A program made the translations under genes and the position numbers. A DNA stretch of 64,000 bases from a virus. The notes below the pieces were generated by a model. That model was not told the DNA's origin and searched no databases. It saw only the letters and a list, made by a program, of their open reading frames with translations. Shown here one piece after another: positions 8,424 through 17,867 of the stretch. The stretch lies in IMG/VR virus record IMGVR_UViG_3300017917_003742, positions 1-64,000 of that record; one strand, 5' to 3'. How positions within the stretch are numbered: position 1 is the first letter of the stretch; the number at the start of each line of letters is the position of its first letter.

Positions 8424-9074
8424 CTAAATCGTTGCCGGACCTTTTGCCTGATCTAAGTTAGGAAGTAATCCTCTTGTATCACCGCTAAAGTGTTGATTGA
8501 GTAGGCGAAAAACTTCTTTGATAGTTTTCTCATTTACATCACCAATATTAATGTTGAAATTAGGGGTTCCGTGAAGAAGACAGTTAAGAATAATACGTGT
8601 CCAATAAACACGCTTACCATTATCTAATTTTTGTTCTTCTGGTAATTCCTTATTAAAATCTATGATTTTTTGAATGATGTTCTTTCCTTTAAATTCAGGG
8701 TCTTCTGTCCATTTGGATGAAACACCTTCATACTTGTCCATGGTCCATTCGATAAATCCTAATACAGGAAGAATATCTTTTGTTCTTTCAAAGTAATCAG
8801 AAATCATTTCAAAAGGAATTTCCTTTCCTTTAATCTTTAATTTTAATTTATGAACATCTTTGGAACTTGGGTTGAAATAAATTGCACGAATAGCAAGCTT
8901 GGCAAGCTCAAGTTCTTCTGGAAATCCCTCCTCTTCTTGGGGCATGATTTCGTTTTCTAAACCTTGTTCTTCGGGCGGAACATCACCTTCCGCACCTTCT
9001 GGTGGTGGAGGAGCGTCTGCCTCTTCTTGTTCAAAGAGGATGCGATGAATGTAACTTTCAAATTCTGATTTCAT
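8424..9074 (-). CDS. hypothetical protein, putative head-internal protein
   Basis: N-terminus MKSEFESYIHRILFEQ followed by an acidic Pro-rich linker. Confidence 0.65.
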   Translation of the reverse strand: MKSEFESYIHRILFEQEEADAPPPPEGAEGDVPPEEQGLENEIMPQEEEGFPEELELAKLAIRAIYFNPSSKDVHKLKLKIKGKEIPFEMISDYFERTKDILPVLGFIEWTMDKYEGVSSKWTEDPEFKGKNIIQKIIDFNKELPEEQKLDNGKRVYWTRIILNCLLHGTPNFNINIGDVNEKTIKEVFRLLNQHFSGDTRGLLPNLDQAKGPATI

Positions 9075-9075
9075 A

Positions 9076-11850
9076 TTAGGGAGTGTTGAGAGGTTTGTAT
9101 TGAAGAATATAATCGTTGTATGCTTTATTAAAGGCTTGGTTATTCTTTAATGTATTTTGAAGAGCTACCTTATTTCTATAATTAGGGTCTGCTAAAGAAC
9201 TAGAAATGTGTTGGAAAACTTGAGTGCTTGTGTCAGGGTCTTGTAATAAGTTATTAAAATCTGTACCTCTGCCAAGAACAAGTGCATCCATTTCATCAGG
9301 ACTTCTTTGTTGAGTGGATGTTTGGTTCTGACCCAAAGACTTGTTTGTTCCTGTGGTCATTGGCTGATTCACTTTTGTAGAAGGATTGGAGCTAACAGAA
9401 GGTGGAGGATTTGAACCTGTGGTGCTGCTTTGTGGCTGATTGGAATCTCCGCTCTGATTAGCGATTCCGCCCTTTGCCATGTTCAACTCTTTTAAAACTT
9501 TAAAAACGTATCCGTCAAAATTATTCATATCTCTACTTACTCCTGAAAAATCGAATTGCAGTTGATCACCACCTGAATTTATTTTTTTATAAGATTTATA
9601 ATCTCTAAGTTTTTGTTCCAATTCTTTAAATCCTAATAACTCTTCCGTAATATCAGATTCATCTTCGTCTTCGTTTGATGCATCTCTAATGCTTTCTAAT
9701 ATTCGGTAAACATACATTCCGATATTTTTGTCACCAAGAGTATTAATGTTGTCAACAGATTGATCGAAGCCTATATTTATTTCTGCTACAAGAGGTTCTT
9801 CGTAATTATGAGAATATGCTATTTTTGGTTTATTATCTAATTGCTCTTTTAATGGTTCATCAGGATTTACTATATATGCATACCGTAAATTATTTAAAGG
9901 TTTATCTAAAAACTTATCATTAAAATATATAGTTGTTTTAAAATCAAATGCTTTTAAAACATCATTTTTAACATCGTCTCCAATAGACGATAATCTTTTT
10001 TGAAAAGTCTCATCTGTTTCAGTTGAGCTTTGTTTATATATCAAACTATTAAAAACGAAATTTTTAAATTTTTCATAAAAATGGTTTGAAACAATATTAT
10101 ATAAATTTTTCAATTTAACAAATTCCATTGCTGAAACCTCAATAGCAGGATGTATAGAATCAGATAATTTTTGAGGTCTTATGATATTTCTATCATTTAT
10201 ATCTAATTTTATATTTTGATTTTCTAAAACAACGGAAAATTCATAATTATTAGAAAAATCGTTTAATAATTCATACATTTCACCATCTCCTAACTGTTCA
10301 TCAGGAACTCCTGCAAATTTTAATATTGCAGCATTAATTAATGCATCGCAGTATAGTGGAACTTCTGAACCCCTTCTAAAATCCTCTTCTGTAACTTTAC
10401 GAATAGCATCAACTATAACCTCTTGAGCAGCATCATAATAACCGTCATAATCAAAACTTGCATCATATTCACCATAATATTCGCCATAGTCATAAATAGA
10501 AGGCATTTCTACTTGTATAGCAAGATGAATATCAGAATTATCCAATTTCCAACCGTTTATTCCTTCGTTTCTCAATTTATCCATATTTTCAGGACCAATC
10601 TGTTTAATAATAGAATTTGAAATAAAATATCGAATTTTTGCTACAGTATATGCGTTATCAATGGATATATTAACATTTGTTTCTTTGTATCTGTCTTCAA
10701 AAATAGGTGCAATTATTTTAGAATCTTCATTACTGTTTAATTCGTCACGAACCTGTTCCCAAAAGTTCGCTTCATAAACATCACCTTCTTCATCACGGTA
10801 TTCCTCTTCTGTAGAGGAATCGTGACGATAACGAACATCTTTACCCCATATATTTTTAATTTCGTTACTAATTGAGTGATTGACATCTTCATATGATCCA
10901 CCAACTAATCTTAGTGTATCATCAAAATTAAAATCTGAAACATCTTGTTTTTTAGCCCAATCTACAACTTGTTTTCTAAAATCACTTGATAAACGAATGT
11001 TTCCATAAATCTTGGTTGTTGGAACAGCAAGTTCGTGACCTTGGGCGTCGAACACACGACGTATACGCATTCGTGCAATTGGTCTTGCACCACGTATACT
11101 TCTGCTAGAATCAGAGAAAATCTCATCTCTTTGTAAAGCATCATCGCTTAAAAGATTATTATTTAACGCATCATCTTCTTTTAATAAATAAATTACACCT
11201 GCATTAAGCATGGAATCTGCTAATGCACAATAAAAAAAGTCTCCTCCTTCGGAATGACACGACGTTGTATCAAAATCTGACATTCTTAAAACATCAATGG
11301 GTGCTCTTGAATATACGATAAAATAATCAGAAAGCATTGACGCTTGAACTTGTTTTTCAAGATTTGTTGTTTTTAACAAACGGTCAATTTTAACAATATT
11401 TTCTTTGTCGAACTTTAATTGATCTTGTAAAGCTTCAATTGTCCATCCGGTTTTTTCCATTCTACTATCAAACTCCTGTTTATCAGAAATTTGTAAAGAT
11501 AATACAGATTCTATTGTTTCAACGTGCTTTTCTAATCTTTGTTTTTCATTTGTTAAAGCTTTACCAATTCTTATTTTGTTTTTTGGTTGAGAAGGTTTGT
11601 AAACGATCCAATTATCAAAATCAATAACATATTTGTATTCTAATAAACTTTTTAAATCCTGAACTATAGGAGAATCTTTTGCACCTGTTTTTAATCGGTC
11701 GATTATTCGTAGCTTGTCACCAAAAATAGAATTGAATGGTAGTTCGTTATTTTTTATTTTATCTTTTAAACCTCCTGGAAGTTTATCCACATACTGTTGA
11801 GATACTTCTTCAATAACTTTTTTTCCATTTATAAAACTTTTAAAATTCAT
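9076..11850 (-). CDS. large hypothetical protein, probably a fusion of two genes (internal start at 9528)
   Basis: N-terminus MNFKSFING..IEE; conserved-looking SRAPIDVLRMSDF..SCHS block; internal TAAGTA-5nt-ATG at 9528. Confidence 0.7.
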   Translation of the reverse strand: MNFKSFINGKKVIEEVSQQYVDKLPGGLKDKIKNNELPFNSIFGDKLRIIDRLKTGAKDSPIVQDLKSLLEYKYVIDFDNWIVYKPSQPKNKIRIGKALTNEKQRLEKHVETIESVLSLQISDKQEFDSRMEKTGWTIEALQDQLKFDKENIVKIDRLLKTTNLEKQVQASMLSDYFIVYSRAPIDVLRMSDFDTTSCHSEGGDFFYCALADSMLNAGVIYLLKEDDALNNNLLSDDALQRDEIFSDSSRSIRGARPIARMRIRRVFDAQGHELAVPTTKIYGNIRLSSDFRKQVVDWAKKQDVSDFNFDDTLRLVGGSYEDVNHSISNEIKNIWGKDVRYRHDSSTEEEYRDEEGDVYEANFWEQVRDELNSNEDSKIIAPIFEDRYKETNVNISIDNAYTVAKIRYFISNSIIKQIGPENMDKLRNEGINGWKLDNSDIHLAIQVEMPSIYDYGEYYGEYDASFDYDGYYDAAQEVIVDAIRKVTEEDFRRGSEVPLYCDALINAAILKFAGVPDEQLGDGEMYELLNDFSNNYEFSVVLENQNIKLDINDRNIIRPQKLSDSIHPAIEVSAMEFVKLKNLYNIVSNHFYEKFKNFVFNSLIYKQSSTETDETFQKRLSSIGDDVKNDVLKAFDFKTTIYFNDKFLDKPLNNLRYAYIVNPDEPLKEQLDNKPKIAYSHNYEEPLVAEINIGFDQSVDNINTLGDKNIGMYVYRILESIRDASNEDEDESDITEELLGFKELEQKLRDYKSYKKINSGGDQLQFDFSGVSRDMNNFDGYVFKVLKELNMAKGGIANQSGDSNQPQSSTTGSNPPPSVSSNPSTKVNQPMTTGTNKSLGQNQTSTQQRSPDEMDALVLGRGTDFNNLLQDPDTSTQVFQHISSSLADPNYRNKVALQNTLKNNQAFNKAYNDYILQYKPLNTP

Positions 11851-11871
11851 AAAATTACTTACCTTTTACTC

Positions 11872-11900
11872 TTGACTTCATCAATGTGGCAGACTAAAGT
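11872..11900 (+). promoter_or_regulatory. sigma70-type promoter
   Basis: TTGACT-17nt-TAAAGT. Confidence 0.65.
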
Positions 11901-11904
11901 AGTA

Positions 11905-12160
11905 GTGTCTCAGTTTAAATACAAAAACGCTGCATTCCTCTAGGGGGCGATGCAGGGCAGGATGAAGAATCTTATTCGGTTTTATTAGTTCCGATGTGAG
12001 ACAAAGATTTTTTAAGACATAACTCGGCTCCAAAAACTACGGAATAGATTATGTTCTGTCAAACAGTCTTCTCTCAAAATTATTCGTTGGGGGTAGGGGG
12101 CTGTTTGACAGGATTAAGAACAAAAACTCTCACCAAAAACTACATAATAGATTATAAAAC
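11905..12160 (+). ncRNA. putative structured RNA or replication-origin region
   Basis: Long G-U-containing hairpin 12054-12113, second hairpin ~11930-11956, 23-nt direct repeats at 12030 and 12133. Confidence 0.4.
12030..12155 (+). repeat. imperfect 23-nt direct repeat pair
   Basis: ccaaaaactacGGaatagattat (12030-12052) vs ccaaaaactacATaatagattat (12133-12155). Confidence 0.85.
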
Positions 12161-12202
12161 CTTTTATAAAAATTATAATATTTTTTGGCCTTTTTTAAAA
12201 TT

Positions 12203-12667
12203 ATGAGCAAAGAATTTATTAAGAACTGGTTTAGCAACATGCTTCCTTTTGATAGTCCACTAGTGGTTGACGGAATTTCATACCCCGCTGTGGAAAATTA
12301 TTATCAAGCAATGAAATTGCACGAAAATGATTTCGAGGGCAGAAAACTACTAGCATCGGTTTCTCCAAGAAAAAGCAAAACTCTGGTAAGAGAAATGAAG
12401 CAAAGAGAGCTTTCTGTTTCTGAAAAAATAAAATTTATGCGTTTTGCAATAGAGCATAAATACTCTAACAACACAAGCTGGGGTAAAAAATTATTAGAAA
12501 CTGGCGATGAACAGATTATTGAATACAACAATTGGGGTGACGTTTTTTGGGGATTTGATGTTGAAAAGGGTGAGGGAAAAAATCTTCTTGGTTTATTGTT
12601 AATGGCTCGTCGTTCAGAACTAAACTTGGAAAATCTTTTAAATGAAAGTTGTAAACTTAAAAACTGA
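12203..12667 (+). CDS. NADAR (YbiA/DUF1768) family ADP-ribosylhydrolase-like protein
   Basis: WFSNM, VENYYQAMK, LLETGD..IIE...WGDVFWG, GKNLLG; ATG at 12203. Confidence 0.9.
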   Translation: MSKEFIKNWFSNMLPFDSPLVVDGISYPAVENYYQAMKLHENDFEGRKLLASVSPRKSKTLVREMKQRELSVSEKIKFMRFAIEHKYSNNTSWGKKLLETGDEQIIEYNNWGDVFWGFDVEKGEGKNLLGLLLMARRSELNLENLLNESCKLKN

Positions 12668-12938
12668 ACCATATGACCTTTATATAGGTCGAGAAAATAT
12701 CACTTACAATCTTGAGGAGAGTAAGTGGAAAAATCCTTTTTCATTAGAATTTTATAATCGAGAAGAAGCAGTATCTTTATACGAAACTTACGTACGGCAA
12801 AGTGAATTATACAATCAACTTGATGAGTTAGAAGGTAAAACTCTTGGCTGCTGGTGCGCTCCAAAACTTTGTCATGGAGACATTTTAATAAAACTTTATA
12901 ATGAAAAAAGGTTGAATTCTTTATTAGATTTCAGTTAA
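12642..12938 (+). CDS. DUF4326 family protein
   Basis: YIGR, SKWKNPF, LEGKTLGCWCAPKLCHGDIL. Confidence 0.9.
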   Translation: MKVVNLKTEPYDLYIGRENITYNLEESKWKNPFSLEFYNREEAVSLYETYVRQSELYNQLDELEGKTLGCWCAPKLCHGDILIKLYNEKRLNSLLDFS

Positions 12939-12945
12939 TACTGTT

Positions 12946-13842
12946 ATGGTATTACTGCTTGGTAAAAACGGATACGTTTCAAAACGTTTTATTGATTTTT
13001 TCGAATTTAAAAATATAAAATATAAAAGTCTTTCTTTAAAAGACACAAACCTTTCGCCTTCTTACGTTTTAGAATCGGTTATAGACGAAATAAAACCTCG
13101 TTTTGTTATAAATGCAATGGGTTACACAGGAGTTCCAAACGTGGACGCTTGTGAAGACAGTAAAAAAGAGTGTCTTTTTGCTAACGTAATTCTTGCCGAA
13201 GGTGTAGCGGATATGTGTCGTAAGAAAAACCTTCCTCTTGGCTTTGTTAGCAGTGGTTGTATTTACAACGAAGATGAAGTTGAATGGTGGAGAACTTATA
13301 AAGAAAAGGATTGGCCTAATTTTTCATTCTACAACACGAAAAGCGATTGCTCATGGTATAGTGGAACAAAAGCTCTTGGAGAAAGTCTTGTAAGAAAAAG
13401 CTGGGACCGAACCAGAATATTCAGATTAAGAATGCCATTTAATCATTTGGACGGTCCTAAAAACTATCTCTCCAAAATATTCACTTATGACAAAGTGTTG
13501 AGTCTTGAAAATTCTCTTACAAATCTTGATGAGTTTGTTCGTGCAGTTTATCAAGGAATGAATGCGGAAACTCCCTATGGAACATATAACATTGTTAATC
13601 ATGGAGGAATAAGTGCAAAAAGAATTCACACTCTTGCCAAAGCATACAATCTTGGAAAAGAGAGTTATGAATACTTCGAAAGTTTAGAAGAGTTTAACAA
13701 AGTTGTAAGAACACCTAGAAGCAATTGTGTTTTAGATACTAGTAAAATTAAAACTGAGGGCATTTACATGCTTCCAGTTGAGGAGAGTTTAATTAGATGT
13801 TTTGAATCATGGAATCAACCCGAAAGAAAAATATTCTGGTAA
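12946..13842 (+). CDS. rmlD: dTDP-4-keto-6-deoxyglucose 3,5-epimerase/4-reductase (NRS/ER-type RmlD-like SDR)
   Basis: LLGKNGYV, GYTGVPNVDACE, SSGCIY, YSGTK, RLRMPF, NSLT. Confidence 0.8.
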   Translation: MVLLLGKNGYVSKRFIDFFEFKNIKYKSLSLKDTNLSPSYVLESVIDEIKPRFVINAMGYTGVPNVDACEDSKKECLFANVILAEGVADMCRKKNLPLGFVSSGCIYNEDEVEWWRTYKEKDWPNFSFYNTKSDCSWYSGTKALGESLVRKSWDRTRIFRLRMPFNHLDGPKNYLSKIFTYDKVLSLENSLTNLDEFVRAVYQGMNAETPYGTYNIVNHGGISAKRIHTLAKAYNLGKESYEYFESLEEFNKVVRTPRSNCVLDTSKIKTEGIYMLPVEESLIRCFESWNQPERKIFW

Positions 13843-14807
13843 CAGGTGGACTTGGCTTTATTGGCTGGAACTTTATTAATAAAGTATTAGGTGAAAATTT
13901 AATTGAGTGTGATGTTTTAGTAAACATTGACAGTGGTGAGTATTCTGCCATTAACAATATACCGCTTGAAACTCCAAAGTATAAGTTTTACAAAGGAAAA
14001 ATGGGTGAATTGAGTGAATCTGTTTTGGAAAACTACAATATAGATACTGTGGTAAATTTTGCTGCAAGCACACACGTTGACAACTCCATCAAAAGCGTAA
14101 AAGCATTTGTGGAAAACAATGTTTTAGAAATGAGCATTCTCATGGAAAACTGCCGAAACTTTTGGAAAAAGAAAAACATAGACGGCTTGTTTGTTCAAAT
14201 TAGCACAGACGAAGTTTTTGGTAGTGTAGAAGATCAAGGAGGAATATCATTCAACGAATACACTCTTCATCATCCAAACAATCCTTATAGTGCAACAAAA
14301 AGTGCAGCAGAAGTTTTACTTCGCTCTTTTATGCACACTTACAACTTTCCAGCAATTATTACAAACTGTGGAAATAATTATGGACCGGGACAGCATGAGG
14401 AAAAACTAATTCCTAAAATTATAAAGTGTTGCTTAGAAAAGAAAAGCATTCCAATTTACGGAAACGGAATGCAAAAACGCGACTGGATTTATGTGGACGA
14501 TCACTGTGAAGGAATTGCTCGCGCAATTCATCTTGGACGAAAAGGAGATTCTTATCTTTTTGGAACAACTAAAAATGTTACAAACTTGGAACTTACTAAA
14601 ATTATTTGCCGAATTTTAGACAAAAAATTAAACAGCATTTCTCCACTTGAATCTCTTATACATTTTGTTGAAGATCGTTTGGGTCATGATGTAACATACA
14701 CTGTGGATTATGCCCGCTCACTTCAAATGTTGGGATGGGAACCAAAAACAGATTTAAGTGAAGGACTTGAAAAAACTGTTGACTGGTATTTAAATAAAAT
14801 ACAATGA
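13809..14807 (+). CDS. rmlB: dTDP-glucose 4,6-dehydratase
   Basis: VTGGLGFIG, NFAASTHVDNSI, STDEVFG, PYSATK, NNYGP, RDWIYVDDH, DRLGHD. Confidence 0.95.
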   Translation: MESTRKKNILVTGGLGFIGWNFINKVLGENLIECDVLVNIDSGEYSAINNIPLETPKYKFYKGKMGELSESVLENYNIDTVVNFAASTHVDNSIKSVKAFVENNVLEMSILMENCRNFWKKKNIDGLFVQISTDEVFGSVEDQGGISFNEYTLHHPNNPYSATKSAAEVLLRSFMHTYNFPAIITNCGNNYGPGQHEEKLIPKIIKCCLEKKSIPIYGNGMQKRDWIYVDDHCEGIARAIHLGRKGDSYLFGTTKNVTNLELTKIICRILDKKLNSISPLESLIHFVEDRLGHDVTYTVDYARSLQMLGWEPKTDLSEGLEKTVDWYLNKIQ

Positions 14808-15523
14808 AAGGAATAATTTTAGCGGGAGGGCGGGGATCGAGATTAGCACCTTTAACAAAAGCAGTTAGCAAGCAGTTGCTTCCTGTTTACAAATATCCAA
14901 TGATTTATTTCCCAATCAACACATTACTCCAAATGGGAATAGAGGATATTTTAATCATAACAACACCAGAACATCAAAATCTTTTTAAGGAAACTCTCAA
15001 AGATTTAAAATGTGCAAATTTTTCTTATATTGTTCAGGACAGTCCTCGCGGTTTGCCAGAAGCGTTTGTTCTCGCAGAAGAGTGGTTAGAAGGCAGTGAC
15101 GTTGCGCTTATTTTAGGTGACAACATTATAATTAATAACGCTCCAATAGATTGCCTTCCAAACACGGTTTTTTCCTACAAAGTTAAACATCCTGAAAGAT
15201 ATGGTGTGTTGGATTTTGACGAAGATGGTCGCATCAAAAACATTGTTGAAAAGCCTCAAACATACATTAGCGACAATGCAATGATTGGTCTTTATGTATT
15301 AGAGAATAGTGCATGTGAAATCGCCAAAAAATTAAAACCATCAAGCCGAGGCGAACTTGAAATTGTTGACCTTATCAAAGAAATGAATAAAAAACATCCT
15401 GTTTCAGTTTTAGAACTTGATGGTTTCTGGTTTGATGCAGGAACACATGACGATCTTCTTGATTGTGGTAATCTTGTAAAAGCTATAGAATTTAGAACAA
15501 ACAAGAGCTTCGATTTAGCTTGA
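14804..15523 (+). CDS. rmlA: glucose-1-phosphate thymidylyltransferase (short form)
   Basis: GIILAGGRGSRLAPLT..SKQLLPVY, LILGDN, EKP, SSRGELEI, WFDAGT. Confidence 0.95.
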   Translation: MKGIILAGGRGSRLAPLTKAVSKQLLPVYKYPMIYFPINTLLQMGIEDILIITTPEHQNLFKETLKDLKCANFSYIVQDSPRGLPEAFVLAEEWLEGSDVALILGDNIIINNAPIDCLPNTVFSYKVKHPERYGVLDFDEDGRIKNIVEKPQTYISDNAMIGLYVLENSACEIAKKLKPSSRGELEIVDLIKEMNKKHPVSVLELDGFWFDAGTHDDLLDCGNLVKAIEFRTNKSFDLA

Positions 15524-15548
15524 TCTGCCAAGTTCTTTGGTGTATAGT
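15520..15548 (+). promoter_or_regulatory. sigma70-type promoter (leaderless dda mRNA)
   Basis: TTGATC-17nt-TATAGT, 5 nt before ATG. Confidence 0.65.
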
Positions 15549-15553
15549 AGTCT

Positions 15554-16891
15554 ATGGACGAAATCACATTAAATGAAGATCAAAAAGCTGTTTTCGAAAA
15601 ACTAAAAGACTTTATTGACTCCTCTAGTCAACATATGTTTCTTATGGAAGGTGCAGCAGGCACAGGAAAAACAACAACCGTTTCGCAATTTATTGGTTGG
15701 CTTTTAGAAGAAACAAACATTTCTAACATTGCTATGGCAAGCCCAACGCACAAAGCGTTAAAGGTTATGATGGAAATGTGCCCTGATAAACATCGAGGAA
15801 GTATTCAATTTTTAACACTGCATTCTATGCTTGGATTAAAGCATGAAATTACCAAAGATGGTAAAGAAATTTTTGTTCGTGATAAAAATGTAATGACAAA
15901 GTTTCCATTTTTTGAGCTTGTTATCATTGATGAAAGTAGTATGATTGCAGACCAACTCTTTAATGAGATGGAAGATCAAAACTATCGTAAAATCAAAGTT
16001 TTGTTTGTTGGTGACAGTAATCAGATTAATCCTGTGAATCACAAGATGAGCATTCCAATGCTGCCTGAAAAGCGAAAAGAATTTAATATTGGTCACTGCC
16101 GACTTGAGAAAATTGTTCGTCAAGCGGAAGGCAATCCCATCATCAAATACTCTCAAAAAATTATCAACAACGAATTCTCGTTTAATCCCGGTGAAAAAGA
16201 GATGGTTGGAGACAGCGGCATTGTAATGCTTTCAGAAAGTCAAAACAAAGTGTTACAGCAACTCTTACAGTATTATTTTGGCTCTTCAAAGTTTGACGAA
16301 GATGCAAACTATTGTAAACTCATTGCATGGAGAAACGCCACTGTAGAATTTTACAACAAGCTTGTTCGAAATTTCAAATATGGACCTAAAGCGGGTAAGA
16401 TTGTGCTTGATGAAAAACTTATTGTTGACCGTCCAATTAAAGGAGATGATGATAAAGTTTCATTCGCAACAAACGAAGACTTGGTTGTGAAAAATATTGA
16501 AGTCAAAGAGAAAAAGCTTTTTGATAACGACTCTTGGCTTTATTACGACTGTCTTGTTCAAGGAATGGATAAATGCGGCAACATTCATATTCTTCATGAG
16601 AAAGAAGAAAAGCGTTACACAGACACTCTTCGTAAACTTGCCAAAGATGCAGTTGATGAAAAGGAAGTTTCCGCTCGTCTCAAAAAGTGGAGAAAATATT
16701 ATTCTTTCATGGAAAACTTTGCACAGGTAAAATACAACTATGCAATTACTGCTCACTGCTCTCAAGGCAGCACATATGACAATTGCTTTGTATTACACAG
16801 TGACATTGGCATTAACCGAAACGAGGAAGAAAGACGCAGAATTCTCTACACTTCTTTTACAAGACCAAGAAAAATGCTATACATTTTGTAA
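15554..16891 (+). CDS. dda: Dda-like SF1B DNA helicase
   Basis: GAAGTGKT, SPTHKA, IIDESSM, VGDSNQ, VRQ, YAITAHCSQGSTY, YTSFTR. Confidence 0.9.
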   Translation: MDEITLNEDQKAVFEKLKDFIDSSSQHMFLMEGAAGTGKTTTVSQFIGWLLEETNISNIAMASPTHKALKVMMEMCPDKHRGSIQFLTLHSMLGLKHEITKDGKEIFVRDKNVMTKFPFFELVIIDESSMIADQLFNEMEDQNYRKIKVLFVGDSNQINPVNHKMSIPMLPEKRKEFNIGHCRLEKIVRQAEGNPIIKYSQKIINNEFSFNPGEKEMVGDSGIVMLSESQNKVLQQLLQYYFGSSKFDEDANYCKLIAWRNATVEFYNKLVRNFKYGPKAGKIVLDEKLIVDRPIKGDDDKVSFATNEDLVVKNIEVKEKKLFDNDSWLYYDCLVQGMDKCGNIHILHEKEEKRYTDTLRKLAKDAVDEKEVSARLKKWRKYYSFMENFAQVKYNYAITAHCSQGSTYDNCFVLHSDIGINRNEEERRRILYTSFTRPRKMLYIL

Positions 16892-16934
16892 AAAAGTGTT
16901 GAAAGTTTAAAGAATCCCATATAGATACTTTTGT

Positions 16935-17102
16935 ATGAAAACAAAAACCTATTATATGGGATTCTTCCGATATGATGACGCAAAAATTTGGAATAAAACA
17001 AATTTGAACGAAGATAAAAAAGAACTCGAAGAGTATCTTAACAATCTTCAATATGTTGATAAGCGTTCCATCAACATCAAAACTATCGAACTGCCAGAAT
17101 AA
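16935..17102 (+). CDS. 55-aa hypothetical protein
   Basis: MKTKTYYMGFFRYDD...IKTIELPE; fills the gap, abuts the next ATG and follows a TTGAAA promoter-like site; not in the ORF track. Confidence 0.65.
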   Translation: MKTKTYYMGFFRYDDAKIWNKTNLNEDKKELEEYLNNLQYVDKRSINIKTIELPE

Positions 17103-17867
17103 ATGAAAAACGTAAACGAGACAAAACTAGAGGCACTTAATATCGCCAAGCAATTTAATGCTGGCGATTTAGATGAGCTATTAAATAATGCACAAAAAGT
17201 TCTAAACTTTTTAGAATATTATGTAGGAGACTGCTCTAATAAACTACAAGAGAAAAAAGAAAAATTTATTGAGGTTGTTGACCGACAACTAAATCAGTAT
17301 AATTACAAAGACCCTCTCAGAAAAGAGTATGCGCGTCATGCAATTGTAGCAGATTATATTGATAAGCGTTTAAAGACTGGAATTCAAGAGCTTTGCAATC
17401 AGATTGATGAAGAGGTTGGCGAGGAATACGCAACAGTAAAACCTGAATATAAGACTGGTGAAAAGATTGCAGAGGTTTTCATGAGCGGTCTTGTACCCAC
17501 CGAAAAAGATTCTGTTTTTTCTAGTGGTGACTATGTTTCACCACCCGAAGAAAAAGATACCACCTGCAAAGAAGCTGGTCATAAATCAAAGATAATTTTA
17601 ACTCACAGAGAAGAAGTGGATAAAGAACTTTTAAAAGTTCTAAACGAAAAGATTCAAGAAGACATTCAAATTTCTAAAGATAATCAAAAAAAGAAGTCAT
17701 GTACACCATTAGTTGATTCTTTCATAAAGCAGCAAGATAAAAAGGCGGGTAGTCCTATTGTTATAGGTAGCTCGGCAATTCAACCAATTACTGATTTCAA
17801 ACATATATCAAAGGATGTTCTTGAAAGAATGCATAAAATTTCAATAAGCGAAGAAAATGGAATTTAA
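17103..17867 (+). CDS. hypothetical protein
   Basis: 254-aa ORF in operon. Confidence 0.75.
   Translation: MKNVNETKLEALNIAKQFNAGDLDELLNNAQKVLNFLEYYVGDCSNKLQEKKEKFIEVVDRQLNQYNYKDPLRKEYARHAIVADYIDKRLKTGIQELCNQIDEEVGEEYATVKPEYKTGEKIAEVFMSGLVPTEKDSVFSSGDYVSPPEEKDTTCKEAGHKSKIILTHREEVDKELLKVLNEKIQEDIQISKDNQKKKSCTPLVDSFIKQQDKKAGSPIVIGSSAIQPITDFKHISKDVLERMHKISISEENGI

Noticed and set aside
12021-12155. Direct repeats as a mini CRISPR array
   Set aside because: Only two copies, an 80-nt structured spacer, non-palindromic repeats and no cas genes in the window.
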